64,000 nucleotides of DNA, from contig CDROCS010002735.1 in NCBI GenBank assembly GCA_977020255.1, positions 186,001-250,000 of the forward strand, written 5' to 3'. A program made the translations under genes and the position numbers. Below, in pieces: positions 61,033-64,000 of this stretch. Each line of letters begins with the position of its first letter. The stretch's first letter is position 1. Under the pieces are notes generated by a model. The model searched no databases. It had not been told where the DNA came from and saw only the letters and a program-made list of their open reading frames with translations. This stretch comes from Obrimoposthia wandeli. Lineage: Eukaryota.

Positions 61033-61602
61033 TTAGCCTTCTTGCATCGCTTCAAAACGCTTGCGCAATACTTCAATACCTGGCTTGTCAGATAATAACT
61101 CCGCTTTGGTTAAACCTGATAGTTCATGCGGAAAAACCAGCCATTCATCTGTCTCATACAAGTAAAAATCAGGGGCGCGACCCGTCTTATTATTAGTCGG
61201 TTTATAGTAAGGTGTTGCGATCTTAATAATCGGTGCGTTTCTACGACACTTTTTATTAATGTCTTCAACCACTTGTGCAACAGATAAACCTGAATCATAG
61301 ACATCATCAACAATTAATAAGGTGTCTTCGGCATTTACATTTTTAATAATGTAATCCAAACCATGCACGCGTACATTTGAAACCCGCTCGGCAATACCTG
61401 TATAAGAAGAGGTACGTATAGAAATATGATCACATTTTATATCAAAAAAATCGAGCAGTTCTTGTACCGCTATACCAACAGGAGTACCACCACGCCAAAC
61501 ACCAACAATGTAATTAGGCTTACAGCCACTATCTAAAATTTGTAATGCTAAATTGTAAGAATCATCCAGCAATTGCTGAGCATCTATGTATCTTTTTGTC
61601 AT
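61033..61602 (-). CDS. Type I phosphoribosyltransferase (purine PRT-like)
   Basis: VGVWRGG, SSYTG, LLIVDDVYDSG (PRPP loop), YYKP, WLVFPHE. Confidence 0.9.
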   Translation of the reverse strand: MTKRYIDAQQLLDDSYNLALQILDSGCKPNYIVGVWRGGTPVGIAVQELLDFFDIKCDHISIRTSSYTGIAERVSNVRVHGLDYIIKNVNAEDTLLIVDDVYDSGLSVAQVVEDINKKCRRNAPIIKIATPYYKPTNNKTGRAPDFYLYETDEWLVFPHELSGLTKAELLSDKPGIEVLRKRFEAMQEG

Positions 61603-62552
61603 ATTATTCCTAATATATTGCTTTTAGTAAGCCAAAACTCACCAAATAATTTTTTTTGATTAAACCGCTCTATTAACAAATTGTAAATTGTGAGACAGCA
61701 AACAGATATTGTAAATTTCTTCAAAACTTAAAAATCATAGGTTTCCTGACTGTATTATTAAGTTATTCGCTAGTCAGTATTTAAATACAACGCCTATATT
61801 TTAGCCTACTCTACATAGAATTGCCCTAATAGTAACTTTAGCAATCGCCTTCTAGTAAAAGCGACTATTATAACGAATTCTGATAACTAATCACTATAGT
61901 TTAGCTAAGAATATTCAAGCGGCTGATCTTCAAATAAAACTAAACCCGCCGCTGCAATAGCTCTATATTTTTCGTTAACTGACTTATTTCTTGTCATTTA
62001 TTAATTACATTAGGAGTAAAGCATAGAGCGACTTCAAGTGAGTGTCTATTTTGTAAATCAATCATATACCGAAGGTATACTGATGTGAGTGTCTCAACAA
62101 GTTTGCTGTAATAATTAAACCATCCCGCTTAACTCTTTAATGTCTATAAGTTGATTATGAAATGGTTATAAACTTTAATCTTATCAACTGCTAGAGCTTC
62201 AACGTTTATCATAACAATTTAATAGATAAAACGTGATTATTAACTCTTGAGCTTCTAGACTTGCTTATGAAATGAGCAACCATTTAGATCTTACTATGTA
62301 AGATAATTTGAAAAGAAACTCTGACGAGAGTCTAAAACCGTTGATGATATAGAAGACGATACCCATAGAATACTCAATGGAGATATTTGTTATAGCCAAA
62401 GATAAATTATTGCTATTTTAAGTAATATTGCAGTAAAACAGCACAGGGGTTTAACAAACTTATTAGCAAGGAAAGCCAGATCAGCGGTAGCTTGCTTCCT
62501 TCACAAATAAAACAAATAATAGTTTATTTACCGTCCATACAAGGAGTGCGCC

Positions 62553-63287
62553 ATGAATATTTCAAAGAAATTAGCAGCCGAATTTTTAGGTACGTTTTGG
62601 TTAGTTTTAGGGGGTTGTGGTAGTGCAGTATTAGCCGCAGCCTTTCCAGATGTTGGCATCGGTTTATTGGGAGTGTCATTAGCCTTTGGTTTAACCGTTA
62701 TGACAATGGCCTACACTATTGGGCATATTTCTGGGTGCCATTTAAACCCTGCAGTGAGTTTAGGTTTATATTTGGCTGGGCGTTTTAACAAAGAAGATCT
62801 ATTCCCCTACATGATAGCACAAGTGATTGGCGGCATTTTTGGCGCCTTTGTTCTATACATGATAGCAAGCGGCCAAGCTGGTTTTAGTACCGCTGATGGT
62901 TTCGCTTCAAACGGTTATGGCGAGCACAGCCCTGGCGGCTATAGCTTACTAGCAGCTTTAGTGTGTGAAGTGGTAATGACTTTTATGTTTTTAACCATAA
63001 TCCTAGGCGCAACAGATGCACGTGCGCCCAGTGGTTTTGCACCAATAGCCATCGGCTTAGCCTTAACGCTGATTCATCTAATTAGTATTCCTGTCACTAA
63101 TACTTCAGTGAATCCAGCGCGAAGCACCGCCGTGGCATTGATTACAGGTGATTGGGCGATTATGCAGCTATGGCTGTTTTGGTTAGCACCATTAGCAGGA
63201 GCTGCCCTGGCAGCCATTGTATACAAGTGGATGAGTAGCCAAGGAAAAAGCGTTGAATCAAACATAGAACCGATTAGCGGCGACTAA
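62553..63287 (+). CDS. aqpZ: Aquaporin Z
   Basis: [61 protein letters not shown]. Confidence 0.96.
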   Translation: MNISKKLAAEFLGTFWLVLGGCGSAVLAAAFPDVGIGLLGVSLAFGLTVMTMAYTIGHISGCHLNPAVSLGLYLAGRFNKEDLFPYMIAQVIGGIFGAFVLYMIASGQAGFSTADGFASNGYGEHSPGGYSLLAALVCEVVMTFMFLTIILGATDARAPSGFAPIAIGLALTLIHLISIPVTNTSVNPARSTAVALITGDWAIMQLWLFWLAPLAGAALAAIVYKWMSSQGKSVESNIEPISGD

Positions 63288-63681
63288 TAAAAGGTGTAAG
63301 TCTACCTATCTCTCAACTGCGCTATCATTGAGTTTTATAGTGATAGTGTCGTTGCCAAATCGAGTTTGCTGCTATTTTCTGGCTCATGACTTCTTCATGT
63401 AGTGACGACTTAATATAGTTTCTCATTGTTTAGCTCTTTTACAAAGCCAAAGCATATACTGACCCAATAGCTGCGTACTTTAAGTAATGAGCGCTTTTGG
63501 TAAGAAGTACAATTGTCTTTTGTGGCTCTAAAACTTAAAATAGTTCGCATAACCAACAATAATAGGTGTGTGAATGCTGTTATAGTCATACCAGCCCTTA
63601 TCACAGTTTTTCAATTTATTGATAGATGATTTAAACTGATATTTGTTGATACCTTGTGTACGTTACTTTGCTTATTAAAAT

Positions 63682-63833
63682 TATTAGTGTCCGGTTTAAT
63701 TTTTGTTGTTCTGTAACTCATTGATTTCACGTTCACTACAAGTATTATTTGACTAAAAAAATCCAATTACCTTTGCTAGAAAACCACAAATCAATGGGTT
63801 AGAGAGCTTACACTTTTTAACCGGACAGCAATG
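63682..63833 (+). mobile_element. MITE copy 7 (152 bp)
   Basis: Same TIRs; perfect TSD TATTAAAAT (63673-81 / 63834-42). Confidence 0.92.
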
Positions 63834-64000
63834 TATTAAAATATCAAAAATCACGAACTCTAGGCTATGCTCCGAATTTTTGATCAGAGGCCGATCACTT
63901 AAATGGGCCAATGCTATACTTAGGATGATCCAGTTTTATATACATATTTCGTTATAGTCGGTAAGTGTAAATGATAAAAGTATTTTCAGATTTTAGTTGC

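Overview
64 kb of an AT-rich bacterial chromosome. Gene content and order (yihY-arsC-wrbA-DUF2069-csdA, murB, cca, a valine-catabolism mms cluster, TRAP transporter, aqpZ) suggest a marine gammaproteobacterium; this is inference, no database search was run. No rRNA, tRNA or CRISPR array was recognised. Read by hand beyond the ORF track, the main observations are: (1) two tandem unannotated micro-lipoprotein genes (31 and 22 aa; predicted mature lipopeptides CVGIPDSDGFFGIPGL and CVGIPGF), each with its own RBS and followed by a terminator; (2) an integrase-less integron cassette array (CALIN, about 46.7-50.2 kb, minus strand) with five cassettes, including an actinobacterial-type dapD, ended by a 3' remnant of a group IIC-attC intron sitting in the last attC inverse core and abutting an IS200-type element; (3) seven copies of a ~152-bp MITE with 9-bp target duplications and symmetric IHF-consensus boxes; (4) three different IS200/IS605 tnpA elements (one intact, two broken); (5) a nikR-nikK/M/L-like nickel module without T/ATPase genes, near a ureohydrolase with an altered active site. 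The first ~2.3 kb is full of indels and may be low-quality sequence. Start codons were refined by eye where stated.
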